Below the pieces are notes generated by a model, which saw nothing but the letters and a program-made list of their open reading frames with translations, was not told the DNA's origin and did no database searches. The translations under genes were made by a program, and so were the position numbers. A stretch of DNA of 64,000 nt. Origin: an uncultured Clostridium sp. GTDB lineage: Bacteria; Bacillota; Clostridia; TANB77; CAG-508. The stretch's first letter is position 1. The number at the start of each line of letters is the position of its first letter. The DNA is taken from assembly GCA_900551615.1 (NCBI GenBank), contig URWN01000001.1:4295-68294 (forward strand), written 5' to 3'. Positions 47,459-57,991 of the stretch are shown here, piece by piece.

Positions 47459-48190
47459 ATGAAAAAAATAAACAAAGCAAAAGCCATAAAATTAATAGCA
47501 CTAATAATAACAATAGCAATATTGGTAATTGCAACAATATACATGATACCAGTAATAAAACAAATAAACACACCAGAAGGACAAGCAGAATTTAAAGAAA
47601 AAATAACCAACTCAGGAATAACAGGAATGTTAATATTATTTGGTTTAGAACTAGCCCAAGTAGTATTAGCGATATTACCAGGAGAACCAGTAGAACTATT
47701 AGCAGGAATCTGTTTTGGACCAATATGGGGAACAATATTTCTAATGATATCAGTATTCATAGTAACAGCAATGATATATTTCTTTGTAAAAAAATATGGA
47801 AGAGACTTTATATATGAATTTTTTCCAAAAGAAAAAGTAACCAAATTAGAAAACAGCAAATTATTTAAAGACACTCAAAAAATAGAAACCGTAATGGCAT
47901 TATTATTTTTAATACCAGGAACTCCAAAAGATTTATTAGTATATATAGGAGGATTATTACCAATAAAAGCATCAAGGTTCTTAGCAATAGCAACACTACT
48001 AAGATTTCCATCAATAATATCATCAACAATAGCAGGAAATAAACTGTTGCAAGGAAAATGGCAAGTAAGTATATTAGCCTATGTAATAACATTTGTGTTA
48101 ACATTTATAGTAATATACATAGTAAATAAATTTGACAAAAATAAAGTAACAAAAGATGTAATAAATTCAGTAAAAAATAAAGAAATGTAA
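47459..48190 (+). CDS. TVP38/TMEM64 (DedA-related) family membrane protein
   Basis: LPGEPVELLAGICFG motif, multiple TM segments. Confidence 0.8.
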   Translation: MKKINKAKAIKLIALIITIAILVIATIYMIPVIKQINTPEGQAEFKEKITNSGITGMLILFGLELAQVVLAILPGEPVELLAGICFGPIWGTIFLMISVFIVTAMIYFFVKKYGRDFIYEFFPKEKVTKLENSKLFKDTQKIETVMALLFLIPGTPKDLLVYIGGLLPIKASRFLAIATLLRFPSIISSTIAGNKLLQGKWQVSILAYVITFVLTFIVIYIVNKFDKNKVTKDVINSVKNKEM

Positions 48191-48199
48191 AATAAGAAT

Positions 48200-48242
48200 G
48201 GTTCTTTTGGGACATTTTTGTCCAAAAAGAACCGTCCCTTTT
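48200..48242 (+). terminator. hairpin terminator
   Basis: 15-bp stem ggttcttttgggaca / tgtccaaaaagaacc with one mismatch. Confidence 0.55.
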
Positions 48243-48306
48243 GGACATGTATAACCTTGAAAAAATTGGAAATAATATAATAAATACATATTTCAAGGAG
48301 GTACAA

Positions 48307-48651
48307 ATGGAAACAAGCAACCTAAAAAACATGGTAGTACTAAAAAACTTGCCATCAAATATAGTTGATGAAGCAATTATAGTACTAAAAACGAATAAGA
48401 AAGCAAAAAAACTTCAAAAAATAGAAAAGAATAATAAAACAACAGAAAATGAAGAAAACAAAAAAGACAAGGAATATATATTAAAAGAAGCAGAAATGTT
48501 AGTAAATAACTATATTTCAAAAATAGAAAACAAAGATAATAGCAAAATCATAATTAATAAAGATAAAAAAGACAAATATACAAAATTAAAAAAATATTCC
48601 ATAGCAATTACAGTACTTTGTATAATTCAAACATTAATAATAATATTTTGA
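48307..48651 (+). CDS. hypothetical C-terminally anchored protein
   Basis: Start behind aaggagg. C-terminal TM segment YSIAITVLCIIQTLIIIF. Confidence 0.55.
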   Translation: METSNLKNMVVLKNLPSNIVDEAIIVLKTNKKAKKLQKIEKNNKTTENEENKKDKEYILKEAEMLVNNYISKIENKDNSKIIINKDKKDKYTKLKKYSIAITVLCIIQTLIIIF

Positions 48652-48799
48652 AATAAAAAACACTATATATAGTAGTTAAAAAACTACTATGCATAGTGTT
48701 TTTTAAAACTTGTCTACACATTAAATCATAAAACAAAAAACATCCTCATATAGTTTATAAAGAAATTAATTTGGAAACTAGAGAGGAAGGAAAGAAAAA

Positions 48800-49732
48800 A
48801 TGGAAAGAACAATGTCAGTAGAAGACAAAATAAAAAGAGCAGAAGAAATATATGCAAAAAGGCAAGAAGGAATACAAAGAAAAACAGCAACAGTATCACT
48901 AAATAATGACGACAATAAAAAAGACATTAAACTATTAAAAAAGATGGTAATACAAATAATATTAAGTTTGTTAATATATGGAATTATATACATAATACAA
49001 AATAATAATTACATATTTTCAGAAGAATTTTTAAAAAAAGCAGATGAAATATTATCTTATGACATGAATTTTTCGCAAATGTACCAAGATATAAAAAGTA
49101 ATATAGAAAAGGAAACACTAAATATAAAAAATAATTTACAAAAAAATGATAATCAACAAGGAATAACCAATTTAGAAAATAATACTCAAAACGAAACTGA
49201 ACAAGGAGCAATTGGAGGAGCAAATGAACAAGAAGCAAATACAACAGATGCAAACTCAAATCAAAATAATCCAGAGGAAAATAATTCACAAGAAAACACA
49301 CAAGAATTATCACAAGAAGAAAAAGATATAAACAACATAAAAGCAACAACAACATTTATAAAACCAATAGAAGGAACAATAAGCTCAAAATATGGACAAA
49401 GAGAACCAACAACAGCAACAGTACCTAAAAATCACACAGGAGTAGATATTGCAGCAAATATGGGAACAAAAATAAAATCAGCAACATCAGGAGAAGTAGT
49501 AATAGCATCAGAAGAAGGAGATTACGGAAAACACTTAAAAATTCAAATAGGAGATGTAAGCATAATTTATGCACACTGTAATAACTTGTATGTTAAACAA
49601 GGAGACCAAATAAGTCAAGGACAAGAAATAGCAGAAGTAGGAACAACTGGAAACTCAACAGGACCACACTTACACTTTGAAATAAGAATATCAGAAAGAA
49701 CAATAGACCCACAAAAAATATTAGAAATATAA
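48800..49732 (+). CDS. membrane-anchored M23 (LytM) peptidase, SpoIVFA-like position
   Basis: HTGVDIAA and GPHLHFEI motifs, N-terminal TM segment, N/Q/E-rich linker. Directly upstream of the M50 protease. Confidence 0.75.
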   Translation: MERTMSVEDKIKRAEEIYAKRQEGIQRKTATVSLNNDDNKKDIKLLKKMVIQIILSLLIYGIIYIIQNNNYIFSEEFLKKADEILSYDMNFSQMYQDIKSNIEKETLNIKNNLQKNDNQQGITNLENNTQNETEQGAIGGANEQEANTTDANSNQNNPEENNSQENTQELSQEEKDINNIKATTTFIKPIEGTISSKYGQREPTTATVPKNHTGVDIAANMGTKIKSATSGEVVIASEEGDYGKHLKIQIGDVSIIYAHCNNLYVKQGDQISQGQEIAEVGTTGNSTGPHLHFEIRISERTIDPQKILEI

Positions 49733-49778
49733 AGCTGATAGGTAGCTTAAAACCTAAATACAAAAAAGGAAAGTTAAT

Positions 49779-50450
49779 ATGAGATTTAGAATAGACTTAA
49801 AAATATTTATTTTTCTTATAATATTTTACTTTACAAAACAGATTGAAATATATGCCATGATAATGTTATTTGCTCTAATACATGAATTAGGACATTTATT
49901 AGCAGGGCTATTAATGGGAATGAAACCAGAAAAAATTGAATTAATGCCATTTGGAGTATCAATATCATTCAAAATAAAAGTAGAGGAATATAACAAAAAA
50001 ATAAAAAAAGGAAATATGTTAGAAATTAAAAAAATTCTAGTAGCACTTGCAGGACCACTAACAAACTTTATAATAATTATAATTGCAAGCAATATAAATA
50101 TAGATTTATTTAAAGCACTTATTATAATTTATACAAATTTTCTAATTATGATATTTAATTTATTACCAATTTATCCATTAGATGGAGGAAGAATTTTAAA
50201 AGGAATTTTACATATAAACTTTGGAATACAAAAATCTGAATTTTATACAAACATAATATCAAAAATTACAGTTACAATTATTACAATACTATCAAGTGTA
50301 TTAATATTATATATACACAATATCGCAATTGCACTAATAGACATGTATTTATGGTATTTGGTAATTAAAGAAGACATAATATACAAAAAAAGAGAAAAAA
50401 TATTAGAAAACATTAATAAAAAAACACTTGAAAATGAAACAAATTCATAG
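49779..50450 (+). CDS. spoIVFB: M50 site-2 protease (SpoIVFB-like)
   Basis: HELGHLL HExxH motif and NLLPIYPLDGGRIL motif within TM segments. Confidence 0.65.
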   Translation: MRFRIDLKIFIFLIIFYFTKQIEIYAMIMLFALIHELGHLLAGLLMGMKPEKIELMPFGVSISFKIKVEEYNKKIKKGNMLEIKKILVALAGPLTNFIIIIIASNINIDLFKALIIIYTNFLIMIFNLLPIYPLDGGRILKGILHINFGIQKSEFYTNIISKITVTIITILSSVLILYIHNIAIALIDMYLWYLVIKEDIIYKKREKILENINKKTLENETNS

Positions 50451-50483
50451 TAAACTATACTAAAGAAAAAAAGGAGAATTCTA

Positions 50484-52328
50484 ATGATGAAAAATAAAAT
50501 AAAACAAGAAAAAGGTGTAACGCTATCAATACTAGTAATAACAATAATAGTGTTACTAATATTAACAAGTACATTAATATACAATGCAAAAGGAAGTATA
50601 CATATACAAAACACAACAAAATTATACAATGACTTAGAATTACTAAGAGAAAAAGTATCAGAATATTATAATGAATATGGAGAAATACCAGGAAAAATTG
50701 AATACACAAACATAGGAAATCTATCAAATGTATTAAGCAAAAATAATGACACAGGAAAATTTTATGTAATAGATCTAGAAGCGATGAAAGGAATCTCTCT
50801 AAATTATGGAAAAGACTATGAAAATATAAAAAATAATCCTAATAATGCAAATTCTTATACAGACATATATATAATAAATGAAAACAGCCATAATATTTTC
50901 TATGTAAATGGAGTAACAATAACAAAGGATGATACAAGCACAACATACTACACAGACTATCCTGAACCAGATGAAACAACAGTAGATTTAAGATATATTG
51001 AAGGAATTTTAATTCCAGATAATTATTACTATATAGGAAAAACAAAAGATAACAGTGGAAATGAACTAATAGTAATTTCAAACAACAAGGAAGACACAAT
51101 AAATACATCAAATACAAACCAATATACATGGACAAAACAAGTTTCAAATTTAGAAAAAGTGCCAGATAGCGTAAACTTAAGCAGTAACCAAAAAGAATAC
51201 GAATTTTTAGAAAGTGCAAATTACAATCAAGGATACTTTAAAAATTCAGAAGGAAAAGTTATTTATAATATAATAAATGAAGATAATTGGTCAGAGGTAT
51301 ATACAAAAGAAGTCAATTATACAGATAAAAATGGAGATACAGCAAAAATCCCAGAAGGAAGCAAAGTAAGTCTTGCACAAACAATGAATACAGTAAAAAA
51401 AGGACTAGTAATAAAAGACAAAAATGATAATGAATGGGTATGGGTAGAAGTACCCAAAACAGTATTTACAACAGCAAAAAACGCAGACGATTATAATAAT
51501 ATAAAAGCAGATTTAATAACATATGTAACAGATTATAGAGAAGGCCAAGAAAATAATTGGACAGATGAATGGTATCAGGGATGTGGAATAGATAGCGCTC
51601 AAGAATATACAGAAAAGTACAATAAAATGCTAAGTAGTGTATATACAAATAAAGGATTTTGGATATCAAGATACGAAATAGGAGATAGCACAGCAACATT
51701 AAAAAATGAAACAAGGACAGCTAATAGTGGAGTAAATGGAGAGGCAGTAAGCAAGCCAAATCAAATACCATACAATTACATTACATGCAGTCAAGCTCAA
51801 AACTTAGCAAAAGGAATATCAGCAGATTCCAATAAAACAAGTAGTCTATTATTTGGAATTCAATGGGACTTAACATGTAAATTTCTAGAACAAAACTCTG
51901 ATTTAACAAAAGCTGATATAAAAACAGATAGTACAAATTGGGGAAATTACAGTAATAGTAGTTTAACATTATTTAGAGGAAAATATAATATAAATCCAAG
52001 CAGTTCAACAAGCTTATGGACAGTATATACAACAGATACAACAAACTATGTAACATCATCAAAAACATCAAGCAGTGAAAACTATTATCAATTATTAACA
52101 ACAGGAGCATCAAAACAGACAAATAAATTAAATATATATGATTTGGCAGGTAATGTACATGAATTTACATTAGAATATTCAAACTTATCTGACACACCAT
52201 GTGTCCATAGAGGTGTAAGTTTTATGGACAGTGGAAAGACATATCCAGTTTTTTATCATGGACAAAATAAAATTTCGGACATATTTTTACACATACGGTT
52301 TCCGTGCAACACTTTATTAAAAATATAA
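50484..52328 (+). CDS. membrane-anchored FGE-sulfatase (SUMF1-like) domain protein, probable 3' frameshift
   Basis: GFWISRYEIG, FGIQWDL and YDLAGNVHEFT motifs. The canonical ending ...YGFRATLY* is readable in the +1 frame ending at 52320. Confidence 0.65.
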   Translation: MMKNKIKQEKGVTLSILVITIIVLLILTSTLIYNAKGSIHIQNTTKLYNDLELLREKVSEYYNEYGEIPGKIEYTNIGNLSNVLSKNNDTGKFYVIDLEAMKGISLNYGKDYENIKNNPNNANSYTDIYIINENSHNIFYVNGVTITKDDTSTTYYTDYPEPDETTVDLRYIEGILIPDNYYYIGKTKDNSGNELIVISNNKEDTINTSNTNQYTWTKQVSNLEKVPDSVNLSSNQKEYEFLESANYNQGYFKNSEGKVIYNIINEDNWSEVYTKEVNYTDKNGDTAKIPEGSKVSLAQTMNTVKKGLVIKDKNDNEWVWVEVPKTVFTTAKNADDYNNIKADLITYVTDYREGQENNWTDEWYQGCGIDSAQEYTEKYNKMLSSVYTNKGFWISRYEIGDSTATLKNETRTANSGVNGEAVSKPNQIPYNYITCSQAQNLAKGISADSNKTSSLLFGIQWDLTCKFLEQNSDLTKADIKTDSTNWGNYSNSSLTLFRGKYNINPSSSTSLWTVYTTDTTNYVTSSKTSSSENYYQLLTTGASKQTNKLNIYDLAGNVHEFTLEYSNLSDTPCVHRGVSFMDSGKTYPVFYHGQNKISDIFLHIRFPCNTLLKI

Positions 52329-52329
52329 C

Positions 52330-52396
52330 AAACAAAAAAGAATTAAAAATTGATACTTTTTCAGTAGCCTCAAAAAATTTAATTCTTTTTTTGTTT
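52330..52396 (+). terminator. long AT-rich hairpin
   Basis: aaacaaaaaagaattaaa pairs with tttaattctttttttgttt around a loop of about 30 nt. Confidence 0.35.
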
Positions 52397-52459
52397 AGAA
52401 AAAAGCCAAAAAAACTGTAAAAAATTTGTAACATTTTTGAAATATCCCTGTAAAACTAA

Positions 52460-52488
52460 TTGACTTTTAACCCTTTTCGTTGTATTAT
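52460..52488 (+). promoter_or_regulatory. sigma-A promoter TTGACT-N17-TATTAT of minDE
   Basis: Consensus-like hexamers 50 nt upstream of the minD start. Confidence 0.6.
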
Positions 52489-52537
52489 ATATACATAAAA
52501 AAATGAGAGTTTTTTTAAAATCCTAAGGAGGAGAATT

Positions 52538-53329
52538 ATGGGAGAAGTAATAGTTATAACATCAGGAAAAGGTGGAGTAGGAAAAACAACAACAACAGCA
52601 AATTTAGGATCAAGCTTAGCAGTAGAAGGAAAAAAAGTATGTTTAATAGACACAGATATAGGACTAAGAAACTTAGACGTAGTAATGGGACTAGAAAACA
52701 GAATAGTATATGACATAGTAGACGTTGTAGAAGAAAAATGTAAACTAAGACAAGCATTAATAAAAGATAAAAGATTTAAGGAATTATACCTACTACCAGC
52801 CGCACAAACAAGAGACAAAAGCGCTGTAAATGAAGAACAAATGAAAAAATTAACAGATAAACTAAAAGAAGAATTTGACTATATACTAATAGATTGCCCA
52901 GCTGGAATTGAACAAGGATTCAAAAATGCTATTGCAGGAGCAGACAGAGCAATAGTAGTAACAACAGCCGAAATATCAGCAATAAGAGATGCAGACAGAA
53001 TAATCGGTTTATTAGAATCATCAGAAATTAAAAATCCAGAATTAGTAATAAACAGAATAAGACCTAATATGGTAAGAAAAGGCGAAATGATGGATGTTGA
53101 CGACATAGTAGACCTATTATCAATAGATTTAATAGGTGTAGTACCAGATGATGAATACATAATAACACAAACAAATAAAGGAGAACCAGTAATCCAAAAC
53201 AAAAAAGCACCATCAGGAAAAGCATACATAGAAATTGCAAAAAGAGTATTAGGGGAAAAAATAGAAATAACAATACCTGGTAGAGAAAAAGGATTTTGGG
53301 CAAAACTAAAAAGACTATTTAAAAAATAA
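52538..53329 (+). CDS. minD: septum site-determining ATPase MinD
   Basis: Deviant Walker A SGKGGVGKTT. C-terminal amphipathic helix GFWAKLKRLFKK. Confidence 0.95.
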   Translation: MGEVIVITSGKGGVGKTTTTANLGSSLAVEGKKVCLIDTDIGLRNLDVVMGLENRIVYDIVDVVEEKCKLRQALIKDKRFKELYLLPAAQTRDKSAVNEEQMKKLTDKLKEEFDYILIDCPAGIEQGFKNAIAGADRAIVVTTAEISAIRDADRIIGLLESSEIKNPELVINRIRPNMVRKGEMMDVDDIVDLLSIDLIGVVPDDEYIITQTNKGEPVIQNKKAPSGKAYIEIAKRVLGEKIEITIPGREKGFWAKLKRLFKK

Positions 53330-53357
53330 TAATTAGCAAGTGGAGGGATAGGAAATA

Positions 53358-54002
53358 ATGTTTGAAAACATAGTAAACTTCTTTAAAAATATAGGCAAAA
53401 AAGAAGAAAACAAAAAAATACAAGAAAGTTCAAAAGATGCAGCAAAAGAAAGATTGCACTTAGTATTAATGCAAGACAGAGCAAATGTTTCAGCAGACTT
53501 TTTAGAACTTATGAAACAAGAAATAATAGATGTAATAAAAAAATACATAGAAGTCGACGAAAAAGAGATAGATGTAAGACTAACAAATAAAGAAAATGAA
53601 GATGGAACAAATGGAGCTCCAGCATTATACGCAAATATTCCTATTCTTAATATAAAAAATGACGCTAGAAAGATAGGCAAAAAAGAAGTAGAAGAAAAAG
53701 AAGGACAAAAAGAGGAAAAGCAAAAAAATAAAACAGAAAATAAACAAGAATCAAAAGAAAAAACACTCAAAAATGAAAAAATAAAAGAAGAACCACAAGA
53801 AACAAAAGAAAACCAACAAAAAGAAATAGAAGCAAAAGAAAAAATACAAGAAATAATAGATGGAGTAATAGAAGAAGCAGAAAACAAAAAAACAGAAACT
53901 GATAAAACAGAAACAAATCAAGAAGAACAAAGTAATGTAGCAGAACAAACAAAAGACGAAGAACACCAAGAAAATAAAGAAAAAGTTAAATCAGAAAATT
54001 AA
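53358..54002 (+). CDS. minE: MinE with a C-terminal K/E-rich extension of about 115 aa
   Basis: The first 100 aa or so match MinE (AAKERLHLVLMQDRANVS...IIDVIKKYIEVD). The remainder is low-complexity K/E/Q. Confidence 0.8.
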   Translation: MFENIVNFFKNIGKKEENKKIQESSKDAAKERLHLVLMQDRANVSADFLELMKQEIIDVIKKYIEVDEKEIDVRLTNKENEDGTNGAPALYANIPILNIKNDARKIGKKEVEEKEGQKEEKQKNKTENKQESKEKTLKNEKIKEEPQETKENQQKEIEAKEKIQEIIDGVIEEAENKKTETDKTETNQEEQSNVAEQTKDEEHQENKEKVKSEN

Positions 54003-54022
54003 AAAGAAAAAGAGTTGATTTA

Positions 54023-55130
54023 ATGAGAAGAAGAGAATTAAAAAATATGGAATGGGGCTTGTTAGTAGTAGCAATAATACTATCAATAATAGGAATAGTT
54101 GCACTATTTTCAGCCACACAAGAAACAGAATATGATGAATTTAAAAAACAAATAATATGGTTTGCAGTAAGCTTAATAGTAATGGTAATAGTAATGCTAA
54201 CAAATTATGAAACATTAGTAAAACTATCACCAATTTTTTATGGAATATTCTTAATATTACTGGTGGCAGTATTATTTACAAAACCAGTAAATGGAGCAAC
54301 AAGTTGGTTTGACATAGGAGGATTTTCATTCCAACCATCAGAATTTGCTAAAGTAGCGGTAATATTATTCTTAGCATTTATAATATCAAAAATACAAGAA
54401 AGATACGTAGAAGATATAAATAAACCATCAAGGCTATTAATAATATTTGTAGCAGTAGCAATACCACTATTATTAATAATAAAACAACCAGATTATGGAA
54501 CAGCAATGGCATTTTGTATAGCATTAGCAATGATATTATTCACTGCGGGAATAGACAAAAAATATATAATAGGAGCAATAATAATTGCTGGAATATCAAT
54601 ACCAATATTATATAATTTTATATTACCAGAACATGCAAAAAAAAGAATAGATATATTTTTAAATCCAGAATCAGATCCACGTGGAAGCGGATATAATATA
54701 ATCCAATCAAAATTAGCAATAGGAGCAGGGCAATTAACAGGAATGGGACTATTAAAAGGAAATCAAACACAACTAGGATATCTATACCCAAAAACAACAG
54801 ACTTTATTTTCTCTGTAATTGGCGAAGAAATGGGATTTATAGTAGGACGGTACAATTATAGTGCTATATGTTTTTCTGGTCACAAAAGCGATTTACATCG
54901 CAAAAACAGCTAAAGATACAACAGGGTCACTAATAGCATCAGGAATTGCAGGAATATTTCTATTTCACATGGCAGAAAATATTGGCATGGTAATGGGACT
55001 ATTACCGATTACCGGAGTTCCACTATTATTTGTAAGTTATGGTGGAAGTTCAATGATAACAAGTTATATTTTAATAGGAATATTATTAAATATCAGTAGT
55101 AAAAGACAAAAAACTATATTTGTAAAATAG
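54023..55130 (+). pseudogene. rodA: FtsW/RodA/SpoVE family protein split by a frameshift near 54846-54850
   Basis: ORFs 54023-54913 and 54861-55130 are the N- and C-terminal parts (...FSVIGEEMGFIVG | GTIIVLYVFLVTKAIYIAKTAKD...PITGVPLLFVSYGGSS). Confidence 0.75.
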
Positions 55131-55213
55131 GGATTTAGGGACGTTCCTTTTTCTCCCTTTTTGGAGGGATTAAGGGACAGTGCTTTAGTCCTAATTTTTT
55201 TATTGGAGGAAAT

Positions 55214-56185
55214 ATGTATCTAAAAAAATTAAAAATAGGAAATGTAGAATTAGAAAATAACTTAATATTAGCACCAATGGCAGGAGTAACAGACTTACCA
55301 TTTAGAAAAATATGCAAAGAATTTGGACCAGGACTTGTATGCACAGAAATGGTAAGCAGTAAAGCAATATTTCATGATGATTCAAAAACAAAACTACTAA
55401 TGAACACAAAAGGAGAAAAAAGACCAATAAGCATGCAAATATTTGGTAGTGATGAAGAAACAATGGGATATGCATCAAAATATGTATCAGAACTAGCCGA
55501 TATAGTAGATATCAATATGGGATGTCCTGCACCAAAAGTAGTAAAAAATGGAGATGGTAGCAAACTTTTACTAGACATAAAAAAAGCAGAAAAAGTAATA
55601 AAAGCAGTTGTTAAAAATTCAAATAAACCAGTAACACTAAAATTAAGAAAAGGGTGGGACTGTGAACATATTGTAGCAACAGAATTTGCAAAAATGGCAG
55701 AACAGGCAGGAGTATCAGCAATCATAATCCATGGAAGAACAAGAACAGAAATGTATTCAGGAAAAGCAGATTTAGATGCCATTAAAAAAGTAAAAGAAGC
55801 GGTTAACATACCAGTAATAGGAAATGGAGATATAGTTGATGAAGAATCAGCACTAAAAATGTTTGAATATACAGGTGTAGATGGAATAATGATAGGAAGA
55901 GGAACATTTGGAAATCCATGGATATTCACAAAAATAAAACATTTTTTAGAAACAGGAGAAAAATTACCTGATGTATCAAACAAAGAAAAGCTAAGAGTTA
56001 TAAAAGAACAAATAGAACTTGAATTGGAAAATAAACCAGAAGTAACAGCAATTAGAGAAATGAGAAAACACATAGCATGGTATACTAAAAATATGCCAAA
56101 TTCTAGTGAGTTTAGATGTGAAATTAATAGAATAGAAGATAAAAATTCATTAATAAAAACAGTAGAAGAATATTTTTTAAGATGA
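55214..56185 (+). CDS. dus: tRNA-dihydrouridine synthase
   Basis: LAPMAGVTDLPFR, MGCPAPKV and GNGDI motifs. Confidence 0.9.
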   Translation: MYLKKLKIGNVELENNLILAPMAGVTDLPFRKICKEFGPGLVCTEMVSSKAIFHDDSKTKLLMNTKGEKRPISMQIFGSDEETMGYASKYVSELADIVDINMGCPAPKVVKNGDGSKLLLDIKKAEKVIKAVVKNSNKPVTLKLRKGWDCEHIVATEFAKMAEQAGVSAIIIHGRTRTEMYSGKADLDAIKKVKEAVNIPVIGNGDIVDEESALKMFEYTGVDGIMIGRGTFGNPWIFTKIKHFLETGEKLPDVSNKEKLRVIKEQIELELENKPEVTAIREMRKHIAWYTKNMPNSSEFRCEINRIEDKNSLIKTVEEYFLR

Positions 56186-56267
56186 GACAAGTAGAACTGA
56201 AGTGAACCAAAATTATTAGAAAAAAGTTTGATAATTTTGGTTCATTTCATTATCGACTGTCTCATTT

Positions 56268-56455
56268 TTAGTTCTTCTTATAAGGCTTAAAAATATCTGT
56301 AAGTCCTAATAAATAATCACAAGAAGTGCCATAAAATTCAGCTAATTTTATTAAATTATAAATATCTATTGTAATTTCACTAGATTCATATCTTAAATAG
56401 GTATGTAGTGTATATCCAGTATTTTTTAAATGCCGTTTTAGTTAAATTTATATCA
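56268..56455 (-). pseudogene. XRE-family HTH regulator remnant
   Basis: Minus strand reads GYTLHTYLRYESSEITIDIYNLIKLAEFYGTSCDYLLGLTDIFKPYKKN*. There is no start codon and the upstream part is frameshifted. Confidence 0.55.
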
Positions 56456-56564
56456 TCCTTATTGATAAAAAACAGTGATAGTAATGAAAATAAGAGATAA
56501 AATCTAAAATGATACTTTATAGAAAAAGGTACAAAAGCTATAATAAGCCCTTGTACCCAAAAAG

Positions 56565-57053
56565 TTAAAAAGCCTTGTTCAGTTCCTTACAATATTTCAT
56601 AAATGGTTCAGGTTCTAAAAACTGATCATAAATGTTGACATACAATTGTGCAACTAAATAGGTCCCCACTGGAAAATTATTCATTCTTTCCTTCAAATCA
56701 TTTATTACCCAAGTTTCACTAAAGAATGTATCCATTGTTAAAAAGATGAATGCTACTTGGGTAGGTTTAAGAAATTCTTTTTCTAAATTTTGATACCGTT
56801 CAGTATATACAGCTTTCAAGGCTTTTAAAAGAATTGGCAAGTTTGCTTTTATATTGATTTCTTTAAAGAAAGGACAGCTTACATTTAGGTATTCTCTAAA
56901 TTTATCTTCACTGTTGTAAAAGTCTTCGATATCACTATCATTTGTCAAAGCAAAAATTTGTGAATTAATGCATAGTGTAGAATATTCTTCCTCCTCAAAA
57001 TTTTTTTGAATTGCTTTTTCTGCTAATTCTTTGTAGTCTACTTTTTTATTCAT
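56565..57053 (-). CDS. hypothetical protein
   Basis: 162-aa minority-strand ORF behind aggagga. No motif recognised. Confidence 0.6.
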   Translation of the reverse strand: MNKKVDYKELAEKAIQKNFEEEEYSTLCINSQIFALTNDSDIEDFYNSEDKFREYLNVSCPFFKEINIKANLPILLKALKAVYTERYQNLEKEFLKPTQVAFIFLTMDTFFSETWVINDLKERMNNFPVGTYLVAQLYVNIYDQFLEPEPFMKYCKELNKAF

Positions 57054-57262
57054 AATGCTTTCCTCCTATTGGTTGTTAATATATATATTTTAACATATAT
57101 CAATAATATTTTCAATTGATTGATAAAAGATAAAAAATTAAAAAGAAATTTTAAAGAAAAATAAAGTCAAAATTTGCGATGAAAATAGCAAAAAACTAAA
57201 CATTAAAACACAAAAAGCCTAATAAAAATTAATAACAAATAATTTTTAGGAGGCTTTTAACT

Positions 57263-57991
57263 ATGCAAAAAAATAAAACAAACCACTACAAAGCACATCA
57301 TCAAACAAAAGAAAAAAATAAAACAAAAATGATAATACTAATATCAGCAATAATAATAGTAATAGCAATATTAGCAACAATTTTAATAAAAAATAACAAC
57401 AAAACGGCTAAAAATATAAAAATTGGGAACAATAGTAGTAGTCAAGAAATTGTAGATTACATTTTAAATATTAGTTCATACGAAACACAAATAGAAGTAG
57501 AAGTTAAAAGTAATAAAAACAGCAATAAATACAAAATGAAACAAACATACATAGATAAGAATAACACAACACAAGAAGTAATAGAACCAAGCAATATACA
57601 AGGAGTTAAAATAATAAAAGAAAACAACAATCTAAAAATAGAAAATACGCAACTAAGCCTAACAAGAATCATAGAAAATTATAAAGATATAACACAAAAT
57701 AATTTAGATTTAGCAAATTTTATACAAAATTACAAAGACAATACAAATTCAAAATTTAAAGAAGAAAATAATCAAATAATAATGGAAACAACTGCAAAAA
57801 CAGAAAACAATTATCAAAAATACGAGAAACTATATGTATCAAAAGAAAATGGAAAACCAATAAAAATGGAAATAAAAGACACTAACCAAAACACAATAAT
57901 TTACATAATATATAATGAGATAAATATAAATAAAGTAGCAAATGAAAAAATATATGCATTTAAACTATTTTGTACATCAAAAGAAATATAA
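57263..57991 (+). CDS. hypothetical membrane-anchored protein
   Basis: N-terminal TM segment IILISAIIIVIAILATILI. 242 aa. Confidence 0.6.
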   Translation: MQKNKTNHYKAHHQTKEKNKTKMIILISAIIIVIAILATILIKNNNKTAKNIKIGNNSSSQEIVDYILNISSYETQIEVEVKSNKNSNKYKMKQTYIDKNNTTQEVIEPSNIQGVKIIKENNNLKIENTQLSLTRIIENYKDITQNNLDLANFIQNYKDNTNSKFKEENNQIIMETTAKTENNYQKYEKLYVSKENGKPIKMEIKDTNQNTIIYIIYNEININKVANEKIYAFKLFCTSKEI

